From contig NC_134025.1 in NCBI RefSeq assembly GCF_964204645.1, positions 31,166,299 through 31,230,298 of the forward strand: 64,000 nt of DNA, in the 5' to 3' direction. Under the pieces are notes generated by a model. The model searched no databases. It was given only the letters and a program-made list of their open reading frames with translations, and was not told the origin of the DNA. This DNA is from Tubulanus polymorphus. Lineage: Eukaryota; Animalia; Nemertea. The translations under genes and the position numbers were made by a program. Within the stretch, counting starts at the first letter, position 1, and each line of letters opens with the position of its first letter. Positions 53,901-63,883 of the stretch are shown in pieces.

Positions 53901-56900
53901 CGAAACCAGTTTCCAATCACCGACAATAGATGGCGTTCAACATCAAATTCTATACGATTCTGGATTCTACAATTTAGACGAATCGAGCGAATCAAGCGAG
54001 AATCATCAACAGACGTCAGAGATCAGCGTTCTGGATCATCATTCTACGTCAACCCGGCTCGGCGCTCTGTGCGACGACCTTCCGAAATTAGACCTCGACG
54101 ATTTAATGGTTAACGATGAAATAGAAAAATGCGTCGATTTACGAAACGTTGATTTACGAGAACTTTCTCGTTTAGATCAAGAAATTCTATTCGTCGAAAA
54201 TGAAAATACAGATTTCTCAGCGTTATTGGATTGCGTCGATAATCCAACCGAGGATAATCCAACCAGGGATAATCCGTCCAGTGATAATCCGTCCGTCATT
54301 CTGCGAAAACTGAAAAAACCTTCAAAAACTCACCGCAAGAAGAGATCGTCACCATTATCGGAGGAAGCTATCGAATTGATGACCGCGTGGTACAATGAAC
54401 ACATCGATAATCCGTATCCGACGGAGACCGAGAAACAGTCGTTAGCCGCGTCCGCTTCTATCACCGTTCATCAAGTGAAAGTTTGGTTTTCAAATAAACG
54501 TTGTCGTTCTAACAATACGAACGCGTTCACGCGGAAACGTAAACTCGAGGATCGGCTGGTGAAACTGTGTCAGGAGTTTATACGCGACGGCAAACACAGG
54601 AAACTCGATAACGAGTATGTAGCGAATAAAATCAAAAACATTCTTCAACGTGAAACTTAGAACTGAATGAACTATAAATAACTGTGTTTATTATTGATGT
54701 TACCGTTTATAAAATTCTATAAATCACGTAAATAAAAGTTAATTTAATCGAAAATTATATTCAGTTTTATCATTCATTTTTCTGGTTTTCCTAAAGCCTG
54801 AGGTCAGAGGAGACAGTGAGGCCGAGGTCAGAGGAGACAGTGCTGAGGTCAGAGGAGACAGTGAGGCCGAGGTCAGAGGAGACAGTGCTGAGGTCAGAGG
54901 AGATAGTGCTGAGGTCAGAGGAGATAGTGAGGCTGAGGTCAGAGGAGATAGTGAGGCTGAGGTCAGAGGAGACAGTGCTGAGGTCAGAGGAGATAGTGCT
55001 GAGGTCAGAGGAGATAGTGAGGCTGAGGTCAGAGGAGATAGTGAGGCTGAGGTCAGAGGAGACAGTGCTGAGGTCAGAGGAGATAGTGAGGCTGAGGTCA
55101 GAGGAGATAGTGAGGCCGAGGTCAGAGGAGATAGTGAGGCTGAGGTCAGAGGAGATAGTGAGGAGGTTAGAGGAGACAGTTTGAGTTAACTCTGAACTTA
55201 TGATTCAGTTCCACAGAACGTGAGTTAGAGTTAACTCTGCGAGTTGAAATTAGTTCCCCTTCATCAATCTGAGCCGGGAACCTACACTACCCCCCTCAAG
55301 ACATTTGCTATCGTAGTGTGAAGTGTGGACGATCACAAATTGGAAGAATGAAAACAAGTATCAAATGTCAGAGGTTGTACAACTGTTAGCAATATCATCA
55401 CCATATAGCAAAAACATATGAACATATGATATGAACAGCAGCTCAGACTACCACTCCCTCACAGGGGAAAAATCAGATTCATACTAGACAGTTTATGTAA
55501 TAAATGGTCTGACCTATGATTAAGAACCAAGGTGTTATAGTTAATGGTACGTTACCTGAGAAGGGATTGGTTGAGTATAACACAGGTCACCAGCAGGAGT
55601 ATAAAACTGTAAACTATTGTTACATTCTAAATTTGGTAGACGTATGAATCCCCCGACTGCCAGGGCTGCTCCGTCGTTTGACCATTCCATCTTAACACCT
55701 GCAATACATAAAACAATACAACTAGGTATATAGACTGCTAGGTTCTAGGTTAACGGAAAAGATTTATGGATAGTTTAGAGTTAGGGGATGGTTTAGACTA
55801 ATTGGGGGAGGGGGGGTACCACCACTGTCCACTATCTACAAATTCCCTGAGTGAATCTGCTGCAGGGGATTGGAGAAATTTCAAGGTTAAAAATTCTAAA
55901 ATTCATTCATTTTTCATGAATCACATATTGATTAAGAAATTGTACATCCAAATTCCCTGAGTTTTTCAGGTTTTTTGGAAAATTTGTCAAATTTCCTGAA
56001 TTTTCCAAGTTTTCCGTTTCAGTGGTTGTCAGCCCGTTCAGGGTTATGGGAAGGGGTTTGGTTGCTCGGTTACCTGTCAGTCTTGTATCGATAATTCTCG
56101 GACAAACGTCGTCGTAACTCAACATCAAGTAAATGAGTCCCTGTTTAAAACTAACAGCTAACAGATACCCATCATTATCATCTGAAAATATCATCATCAA
56201 ATATCATCATCATCATCATCGTCACAGTGATATATCAGTGAGCTAGTGCTGCCATCTAGTGTTGATTATACCGTATGACAGTCAATTAGTGTATGATTTA
56301 TTTGTAATGACAAATCTCTACACGAGACTAAACATCCTTGACCTTCATCAGTGATATTTACAGCTCTATCTCTCGAAGTGTAATCTGATATATCTATTTG
56401 AGAATCTCACTCACTGTATTCGATATTCTCATTTCTTACCGATAAACTCCACATCACTGATGACTAATTTACATTACATTTTATCGGTGAAATTTCAATT
56501 CTTACATCAAACTTTGAAATAACGAAATACCTTTAAGTTCATCTTTATCATCAGCGGTAGATTCGTCCATTTTGAATTTTTCGCACGACCATGACATGGA
56601 AGTAATCTCAGAACCTTCTAATACTGATTCCTGACCGATCATAGCTCCAGTAGAACTGATCACTATTACATGACCATCTGAGATTCCTATTAATACCTAA
56701 AACAAACATATTACTGATTCTCTTTATACTGAACACACTGAGTGAGTGGCTGAGAGACAGGGGGAGAGGGGAGTGGCTGAGAGACAGGGGGAGAGGGGAG
56801 TGGCTGAGAGACAGGGGGAGAGGGAGTGGCTGAGTGAGATAGGGGGAGTGAGACGGGAGAGGGGAGTGAGTGGCTGAGAGTGACAGGGGGAGTGAGACAG

Positions 56901-59525
56901 GGAGAAGGGAGTGGGTGAGAGAGAGAGGACAGAGGCAGACAGGGGGAGAGTTGGTGTGGTTGGTCTGGGTGCAAGCGATGTAGAAGTGAGACAGTTGGCC
57001 CGGGGGGGGGGGGAGGAGGGCGACTGATTGAGAGAAGGTAATAGATTATTGATTAAACATCTGTTCATATATACGTTTCACACAATTTCACTGAATCGAT
57101 TCATTTAAACAAATCATCGAAATCATGTGCTGCTGTTCTTATTGGTTTAAAAATGAATAGAAGAGCAGGCAGAGGAGAAGGGAGAGAGGAGAGGAGATAA
57201 TGAGAAGGGAGAGAGGAAAGATGGAGATGGGGGGAGGAGATGGAAGAGAGAGAAAGAGAGAGAGGAGAGAGGGGAGAGGAAAGAGAAAGAAGAGAGAGAG
57301 GAGATGAGAGAGAGAGGAGAGAGGGGAGAGGAGAGGAAAGAAGAGAGAGAGGAGATGAGAGAAAGGATGTATAGTTTGTATACTGGTAGACTGTAGACTG
57401 AGAGGAAAGAGACAGGAAGTTTGTACAAAAATCAATACTAGTTACAGTTGTAATCATCAAATCACTTTATATTCATAACATCATCATGTACCACAATATA
57501 CACGGGTATATACCCATCAAACGGCCGGCCTACCCACGATACAGCGGATTCTGTCTGCCCACGGAGCTGATCAGTACCTGCCTACCAGCCCACGCAGCTG
57601 ATCAGTACCTGCCTACCAGCCCGCGGAGCTGATCAGTACCTGCCTACCAGCCCACGTAGCTGATCAGTACCTGCCTACCAGCCCGCGGAGCTGATCAGTA
57701 CCTGCCTACCAGCCCACGTAGCTGATCAGTACCTGCCTACCAGCCCGCGGAGCTGATCAGTATAATTTACCTTTGTATCATTAGGAACCCAAACACCACA
57801 CGTTATAGTCGTATTTTCTAAGTTTAACATTGTTGACCAATAGCGTTGCCCGGCAACTGAACCGACCAATACGAATCCATCCTGATAACAGATCAGAGCC
57901 ATTCGACCGTCATGTGACCACGCGAAATCAGTCACCTGTAAAAACAATCAGACAATCAGGGGAACAATATCACAATCAGGGGAACAATATCACAATCAGG
58001 GGGACAATCTCATAATCAGGGGAACAATATCACAATCAGGGGGATTAATTTGACAATCAGGGGCACAATCCCACAATCATGGGGATCAATCAGACAATCA
58101 GTGGATCAATCTCACAATCAGTGGAACAATCTCGCAATCAGGGGCACAATCCCACAATCATGGGGATCAATCTCACAATCAGTGGAACAATCTCACATTC
58201 ACTAATATAACCCCTGATGTACTCGTAAAATATTCAATTTTATATCTTTTTTATATCTTGTGATATTGTAATAAGTTTTATTTGCACTGACATTCCACGG
58301 TTATAGTGAAATTACAATTCATGGTCTCTGTTTGACAGTGAATGGGAGGAGAGGGGAATGTGCACTCGCATTCTTGTACTGTGAGATTCTCAATATTTCT
58401 CTTCTGTTTTATTGAAACCTGTTGACGGGATCGGTGATATATCAGATTTCTGATATTTGATGATCTCAGAGATAAACGACTTCCATTAAAAGATCAACAA
58501 CTTCTACTTAAGATTAAAGAGGACTTGTGTAAATATATCAAACTAAGTGATTAACCCTTTCAACTTCGCCATCCGATGTGTGTTTGTTTAAATATTAGAT
58601 ATCTCAACAATCAAGAGCCTGCCCGATCCAGAGATCAGGGTACAGTTCCACAGTTCAGAGTTAAAAAACTGGGTCCTGGGGTCACAGTTGCTTAAACGTT
58701 GGTTAAATATAACCAGTGGATAAATGCCATAGTAACAATGAACTTTTAATTGTCACTATGTCAGCTATCCACTGGTTAACAGTAACCAACTTTTGAGCAA
58801 CTGCAGCCCCAGGTGCTCTATATCTGACCCTCAGGTTTGGGCAGTTTCATATTGACTTGTATACATCAGGTGACCATCTCTAGACCAATCAGAATAGGGT
58901 TAGCCCATTCTTACCCAAACTCTAGGGTAGCCAGAAGTGATCAGCTAGGGTGAGTCCATTATAACCCTAACCCTAGGGTAGCCAGAAGTGACCAGCTAGG
59001 GTTAGTCCATTCTAACCCTAACCCTAGGGATGATGAGTTGAAGACCTGAGGTTAATCCATTCTAAACCTAGGAGAGGCACGTTGTTTGTTTACATCAGGT
59101 GACCAGCTCTAGACCAATCACTGGTGGCCCCTGAGTACTGTAGTGAAATGGTTGGGTAGTAAAGAGTTAATCCCAATAGGATAATGATAATAACTTGCAT
59201 GAAAAAGCTGCTGTATTTATTCAATACATGTATTAACTCTTCATACATATACTATTTAACAGACAATCTGAAACTGGGCGACTCTTTAATTCTCCCTTAT
59301 TCCTTTCCCCTTCTCAGAGAAAAATGTTATTCTGTCTAGATTCCATCATTGCTCTTCTCCTTCTGTTCTATCTCCCCCTCTCTCTACTCACTGTCAGCCC
59401 CTTTCCACTCTCCACTCTCTCCTCTCTTATTCCACTCTCCTCTCTCCTCCCTCTCCTCTCTCATTCCTCACTCCTCTTTCCTCTCTCCTCTCTCATCCCT
59501 CTCTTCTCTCCCCTCCTCTCTCCTT

Positions 59526-59560
<35 letters not shown>

Positions 59561-61062
59561 ACTCTCCCCTTTCTCCCTCTCTTCTCTCTCCTCTCCTCTC
59601 TCTTCACTCCTCTCTCTCTTTTATACCTCTCTCTCTCCTCACTGTCAGCCTCTCTCTCTCTCTCTCTCTCTCTTCTCTCCTCTATAATCTCACTGTTCGC
59701 TTCGTAAATCAAAAATTTAACAAATCGCATTGACAGAAATAATGTGACCGATTCTCAAAGAGAATCAGCAGGGAATCCATCGTTACTGATATGACTGATA
59801 CTGCAGCAGCAGCAGCAGCAGCAGTAGTAGCAGCAGCAGCAGTAGTGAGGCAGGAAGGGAGAGAGAAGAAAAGCAACTAGTCTCATGTTACAAGAAACAT
59901 TGATAATATGAGTCATTATCAGAATATATCAGATCAATTGATCAATAAAATACAATCCATCAACCGTCAAACTAGCATCCACTTCTACTCAACTCCTGGA
60001 CCATCAAACCAGCAACCACTTCTACTCAATCTCAGAACCATCCAAATAGCAAACTTTTACATTTTTTCCCCAGTAAGCTCAAGTTGTACCGCCCTGCTGC
60101 CCCTGACATATCTGTGCACTTGCAGAGTATTAACCAGGGAGAAACTGTGACAGACACAAATACAAACTGATCAACAGATTACAGCTTCATATTAGATTAG
60201 ATCATGCACTGAATCAATTAGAAGTTGTATGAGTAACAAATTAATCCTCTGTCTCTCTCCTCTCGCCTTCCTCTGTCACTCTCCTCATTCTCTCCCCATT
60301 CTCTCTCTCCCCTCTCCCCCTCTCTCCCTCAACACCGGGGGTCATACAGAAATCAAGGATAAACATTCTATAATCAATCCTTCAAATCACTGTCACAAAT
60401 TTATCAATAGTTTTTCTATATAAAGAGACATTGAATAGATTGATGCATTAGACTGTGTTTGCCTTTGATCTCACGGGGACCGATAGATTCTCTCTGAGGC
60501 ATGCTAACACTGGGGTAGTCTGAGTTATTACACACAGGGCTAGAGGTCGGGGGGGGGGAGGGTTAGTTTAACTTTGTTGAACATCGATGAGAACAGTTAC
60601 ACGCAACAACTGAAACTGAGGCTAACTGAATTAATAAATCTATAACAATGATTCAATGTGACAAGTGTAGAGAATAATGTGTGATCCCAGTGGTCCAATA
60701 ACCCGAACACTGAGACTGCTGCTGCTGCTGCTGATACATCTCTACATCGTGAAATATCTACTGGATTCGATTACACTTGACAAGTTAAAAATTCAAGATC
60801 CAGTTCTTCACAGTAAGATCTAGCAACAACAGTTCAACAGTTCCGAGTGAGGTTTAACTGAACTAATTGTAACAGTGGAATCTGAAAATGTTGCCCCCTG
60901 TGTTTGGTGCTATAGAGTATTAGAGTGACTTACCGGACTATTTCTATCATTAATCAGTTCTACAGACCACCTTCCTTCATGTTTAATCCATACAAATATA
61001 ACTCCATTAGCGTCACACGTTGCTAGTTTCTGATACGGTTCGTTCCATTTCACTAGAATTAT
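44881..61062 (-). CDS. TULP4: Tubby-related protein 4 (WD40 repeats, SOCS box, C-terminal Tubby domain), multi-exon, 5' end beyond window
   Basis: Phase-consistent exons 60934-61062, 57771-57935, 56531-56696, 56074-56181, 55556-55698, 50008-50235, 48935-49169, 48580-48776, 47729-47966, 46397-47277, 45473-45646, 44881-44997. Motifs [25 protein letters not shown] box [38 protein letters not shown]-terminus [14 protein letters not shown]. Confidence 0.95.
45473..45646 (-). CDS. TULP4: TULP4 exon (Tubby domain)
   Basis: [41 protein letters not shown]. Confidence 0.94.
45910..46365. repeat. ~22-bp minisatellite (ggagggtagttccaggctgaa)
   Basis: About 20 degenerate units in a TULP4 intron. Confidence 0.9.
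46397..47277 (-). CDS. TULP4: TULP4 large low-complexity linker exon
   Basis: 881-nt open frame, phase 1-0, ending [15 protein letters not shown]; joins the flanking exons in frame. Confidence 0.87.
47729..47966 (-). CDS. TULP4: TULP4 exon
   Basis: [45 protein letters not shown]. Confidence 0.92.
48580..48776 (-). CDS. TULP4: TULP4 exon
   Basis: [11 protein letters not shown]...SPRMRRRRR...YDDNLPE; phase 1-0. Confidence 0.85.
48935..49169 (-). CDS. TULP4: TULP4 exon
   Basis: [10 protein letters not shown]...[34 protein letters not shown]. Confidence 0.93.
49230..49320. mobile_element. Short MITE with ~22-bp TIRs
   Basis: ccagttctacagttgtgagtt ... aactcacaactgtggaactgg. Related ends near 12686, 49603, 55206, 58643. 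Confidence 0.6.
50008..50235 (-). CDS. TULP4: TULP4 exon (SOCS box)
   Basis: [20 protein letters not shown]...[13 protein letters not shown]...[11 protein letters not shown]. Confidence 0.92.
50946..51145 (+). promoter_or_regulatory. Cluster of four CTCF-like motifs
   Basis: CCACCAGGTGGCGG (50946), CCACTAGGTGGCGC (50970), CCACTAGACGGCGC (51051), CCACTAGATGGCGC (51132), compared with the CTCF core CCASYAGRKGGCRS. Confidence 0.5.
50971..51208. repeat. 81-bp tandem triplication of the 3' end of homeobox gene A
   Basis: Units start at 50971, 51052, 51133; the third is the coding copy containing the stop codon. Confidence 0.93.
51135..51965 (-). CDS. Intronless TALE-class homeobox gene A (SPILE-like), 276 aa, nested in TULP4 intron, same strand as host
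   Basis: Homeodomain [51 protein letters not shown] with the TALE loop (NPYP). First ATG 51965; TATA-like TATTTAAA at 52030-52023; AATAAA at 50786-50781. Confidence 0.9.
   Translation of the reverse strand: MSTTTTTAARGQGHPAVCPAARYSPVMPPSYQPVPYMIPAPAAWSMPPTAWSTPPRHWSTPLNWSTPISYHHLPQMAPRVLPMSPFMFSPLIPARSPATPPVKPNTTPSTVNSANSSGYSTMNETPPETSDVTMATTTPKVKAKKPMTTRRIVRCRRVYQNNEVKPRNAGLPQKAVTTMLDWFESHRENPYPTTEQLQQISVDCEITVAQVKSWFANKRNRSFTTRAKTEKRKLEEHLLTLCEELMQPNKRLNLTAPYVVSRIVKLIKHSNKNSAI
52023..52113 (-). promoter_or_regulatory. Putative core promoter of homeobox gene A (TATA-like plus two CCAAT boxes)
   Basis: Minus strand: AGCCAATC (CCAAT 52113-52109), AGCCAATG (CCAAT 52063-52059), TATTTAAA (52030-52023), about 60 nt before the ATG. 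Confidence 0.55.
53490..53806 (+). promoter_or_regulatory. Putative promoter of homeobox gene B: TAATTA cluster, TATA box, Inr
   Basis: TAATTA at about 53493, 53530, 53590, 53637, 53657; TATAAATA 53770-53777; TCAGT 53802-53806. Confidence 0.55.
53839..54660 (+). CDS. Intronless TALE-class homeobox gene B (SPILE-like), 273 aa, nested antisense in TULP4 intron
   Basis: Homeodomain [59 protein letters not shown] at 53770, Inr-like TCAGT at 53802, AATAAA at 54731. Confidence 0.92.
   Translation: MNFEENFYFNIPSPDVQYFTGETSFQSPTIDGVQHQILYDSGFYNLDESSESSENHQQTSEISVLDHHSTSTRLGALCDDLPKLDLDDLMVNDEIEKCVDLRNVDLRELSRLDQEILFVENENTDFSALLDCVDNPTEDNPTRDNPSSDNPSVILRKLKKPSKTHRKKRSSPLSEEAIELMTAWYNEHIDNPYPTETEKQSLAASASITVHQVKVWFSNKRCRSNNTNAFTRKRKLEDRLVKLCQEFIRDGKHRKLDNEYVANKIKNILQRET
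54798..55181. repeat. 21/24-bp minisatellite (tgaggtcagaggaga(c/t)agtg)
   Basis: About 17 units just downstream of the gene B polyA signal. Confidence 0.92.
55556..55698 (-). CDS. TULP4: TULP4 exon (WD40)
   Basis: [16 protein letters not shown]...[10 protein letters not shown]; its donor opens the intron that hosts the homeobox pair. Confidence 0.9.
56074..56181 (-). CDS. TULP4: TULP4 exon (WD40)
   Basis: [28 protein letters not shown]; phase 1-1. Confidence 0.9.
56531..56696 (-). CDS. TULP4: TULP4 exon (WD40)
   Basis: [19 protein letters not shown]...[15 protein letters not shown]. Confidence 0.9.
57558..57761. repeat. 31-bp minisatellite, about 6.5 units
   Basis: agctgatcagtacctgcctaccagccc; abuts the TULP4 donor at 57770. 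Confidence 0.92.
57771..57935 (-). CDS. TULP4: TULP4 exon (WD40)
   Basis: [34 protein letters not shown]. Confidence 0.94.
57945..58197. repeat. ~20-bp minisatellite (acaatcaggggaacaatatc)
   Basis: Degenerate units next to the TULP4 acceptor. Confidence 0.85.
58675..58813. mobile_element. MITE with long imperfect TIRs
   Basis: cctggggtcacagttgcttaaacgttggtta ... taaccaacttttgagcaactgcagccccagg. Second copy in the opposite orientation at about 41740-41880; fragment at about 47517-47565. Confidence 0.7.
60934..61062 (-). CDS. TULP4: TULP4 exon (WD40), most 5' exon visible
   Basis: [40 protein letters not shown]. Confidence 0.94.
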
Positions 61063-61255
61063 CTGAAAAATAAAAATCATTTTGAATCTGTTCAACGACA
61101 GCCACAGATACAATTCTTCACATTTGTTTCAAAGATCAACAATGGTTGATGGTCAGTTGCGCAGTTGTGACTTAAATCCATAAATGGTCTTAAATATTAA
61201 AACTGATGAAGTTGTTAGATTGGCTATAGAACAAAAATTAGTTTAGACATATCAA

Positions 61256-61447
61256 TCTTAAGTTGTTATATTGGTTATAGAACTAAGATGAGCTTAGACT
61301 GGTCTTAAGTTGTTAGATTGGTTATAGAACTAAGATGAGCTTAGACCGGTCTTAAGTTGTTAGATTGGCTATAGAACTAAGATGAGCTTAGACTGGTCTT
61401 AAGTTGTTATATTGGTTATAGAACTAAGATGAGCTTAGACTGGTCTT
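61256..61447. repeat. 47-bp tandem amplification of MITE internal sequence
   Basis: cttaagttgttagattggttatagaactaagatgagcttagactggt, 4 units. Confidence 0.88.
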
Positions 61448-62480
61448 GAAAGGAATCTAAGCTTTGCCTGTGCTGCCGCTACTGGTTCCATAGAATGAGG
61501 ACCCAGTTACACATTAAAAGCTTTATAAGATTTATAGGACCAGTCTAAGACCATCTTGGTTCAATAGCCAATCTATCAACTTCAGATCAGTCTTATAAAA
61601 TATCGAATTGAATCAAAAAGTCGTTTTAAAACTTGAGACTGGTCTTGAGAGTGGTATAGATTCACTGTAGAAGTAAGCTCTGCTCTTGAGCTGGTCTTAC
61701 ACGTCGTGACTGTGCAACTAATCATCAGTATTTATTTAGTCTAAGTTCTCAGATTGGATAAAGAACCAGGGGCCAGAGTTGTAGGCCTACAGTCAAGGTT
61801 TAGATTTCAGACCAGCCAAAGATCATTTTGGTCCTTTAGCCAATCTAACAACTTAAGACCATTGAGAAAAGACCAATTTTGGACTGAAGTCACGACTATG
61901 GAACTGGACGTGAGGGTGTGTAAGATAAATCTAACTCATGACTGCGCGACTAATCACCAGTAGTGTGGTGTATTTATACTGTTTATAATGAGTCAGTGAA
62001 TGAACTAATGCAAGTATCATCAGATATCAACAGATAGAATTAACTAGAATCTCCTCTTCACTCTCCTCTCCTCTCATCTAATCTCTAACAACACAAACAT
62101 TATCTTCATTCAATCATCTACAGCTATTAATCAGATCTCCTGAATGTGTAATTATAAACTGGGACAGACGGATCGTGAGGGATCGTTAGGGGTCGTGAGG
62201 GATCGGGAGGGTTCGGACTACGATTCACTAAAACAACAGTTTATACTCGATCTAATCAATAATAAATACTTCATCCTGACAATTACTGCATCAATTCAAA
62301 CTTAAACCTCTTTCTTAAAAAAACTGGGCCAAGTTCTGTTTATAGTTATCCTTGAAATGAGATGTTCAATCTGAGATCGTTCTTTTCTGTTTATCTACAA
62401 GGTCCCAGAGTAGCAACAAATTGTTTTACAATTGGCTATGTCAGAAACTTATCATTTGTTCTCGCACTGGATTCAGTAAC

Positions 62481-63731
62481 AGTGAGGTTAGAATGATAAG
62501 TGAGGGGAGGTCTCACTCACGAGGGGATCCTGCTACAGCTCAGTAAGGTTAGAATGATGGATGAGGGGAGGTCTCACTCACGAGGGGATCCAGCGACAGC
62601 TCAGTGAGGTTAGAATGATAGATGAGGGGAGGTCACACTCACGAGGGGATCCAGCTACAGCTCAGTGAGGTTAGAATGATAGATGAGGGGAGGTCACACT
62701 CACGAGGGGATCCAGCTACAGCTCAGTGAGGTTAGAATGATAGATGAGGGGAGGTCTCACTCACGAGGGGATCCAGCTACAGCTCAGTGAGGTTAGAATG
62801 ATAGATGAGGGGAGGTCTCACTCACGAGGGGATCCAGCTACAGCTCAGTGAGGTTAGAATGATAGATGAGGGGAGGTCTCACTCACGAGGGGATCCAGCT
62901 ACAGCTCAGTGAGGTTAGTGATGAGGTAATCTCACTCACGAGGGGATCCAGCTACAGCTCAGTGAGGTTAGTGATGAGGTAATCTCACTCACGAGGGTAT
63001 CCAGCTACAGCTCAGTGAGGTTAGTGATGAGGTAATCTCACTCACGAGGGGATCCAGCTACAGCTCAGTGAGGTTAGTGATGAGGTAATCTCACTCACGA
63101 GGGTATCCAGCTACAGCTCAGTGAGGTTAGTGATGAGGTAATCTCACTCACGAGGGTATCCAGCTACAGCTCAGTGAGGTTAGTGATGAGGTAATCTCAC
63201 TCACGAGGGTATCCAGCTACAGCTCAGTGAGGTTAGTGATGAGGTAATCTCACTCACGAGGGGATCCAGCTACAGCTCAGTGAGGTTAGTGATGAGGTAA
63301 TCTCACTCACGAGGGTATCCAGCTACAGCTCAGTGAGGTTAGTGATGAGGTAATCTCACTCACGAGGGTATCCAGCTACAGCTCAGTGAGGTTAGTGATG
63401 AGGTAATCTCACTCACGAGGGGATCCAGCTACAGCTCAGTGAGGTTAGTGATGAGGTAATCTCACTCACGAGGGTATCCAGCTACAGCTCAGTGAGGTTA
63501 GTGATGAGGTAATCTCACTCACGAGGGTATCCAGCTACAGCTCAGTGAGGTTAGTGATGAGGTAATCTCACTCACGAGGGTATCCAGCTACAGCTCAGTG
63601 AGGTTAGTGATGAGGTAATCTCACTCACGAGGGGATCCAGCTACAGCTCAGTGAGGTTAGTGATGAGGTAATCTCACTCACGAGGGTATCCAGCTACAGC
63701 TCAGTGAGGTTAGTGATGAGGTAATCTCACT
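62481..63731. repeat. Satellite array: about 7 units of 61 bp, then about 15 units of 53 bp
   Basis: gtgaggttag(aatgatagatgagggga / tgatga)ggt...ctcactcacgaggggatccagctacagctca. Confidence 0.96.
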
Positions 63732-63848
63732 CTGCTGCCGCTGTGCGTTGTGTATGGTTTAATGAAGCCATTGATATACTCCATTGAACACTGACGATTA
63801 ATGACAAATTGCTAAATATGGAAAGAAACTGAGACTAGTAAGACTGCA

Positions 63849-63883
<35 letters not shown>

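Noticed and set aside
46957-53937. Additional TAGATGGCG CTCF-like words (about 46960, 47083, 51638, 53927)
   Set aside because: They fall in coding exons, are explained by codon content (e.g. T-P-S), and match the 5' half of the motif poorly.
53790-54113. 107-aa ORF overlapping homeobox gene B
   Set aside because: Out of frame, no recognisable domain, and its ATG lies only about 20 nt after the TATA box, probably upstream of the TSS.
54816-55184. RSEE-repeat ORF
   Set aside because: Translation of a minisatellite downstream of the gene B polyA signal; no ATG start.
62481-63731. Hammerhead array (TGATGAG words)
   Set aside because: Core reads GTGATGA rather than CTGANGA and no GAAA partner is present.
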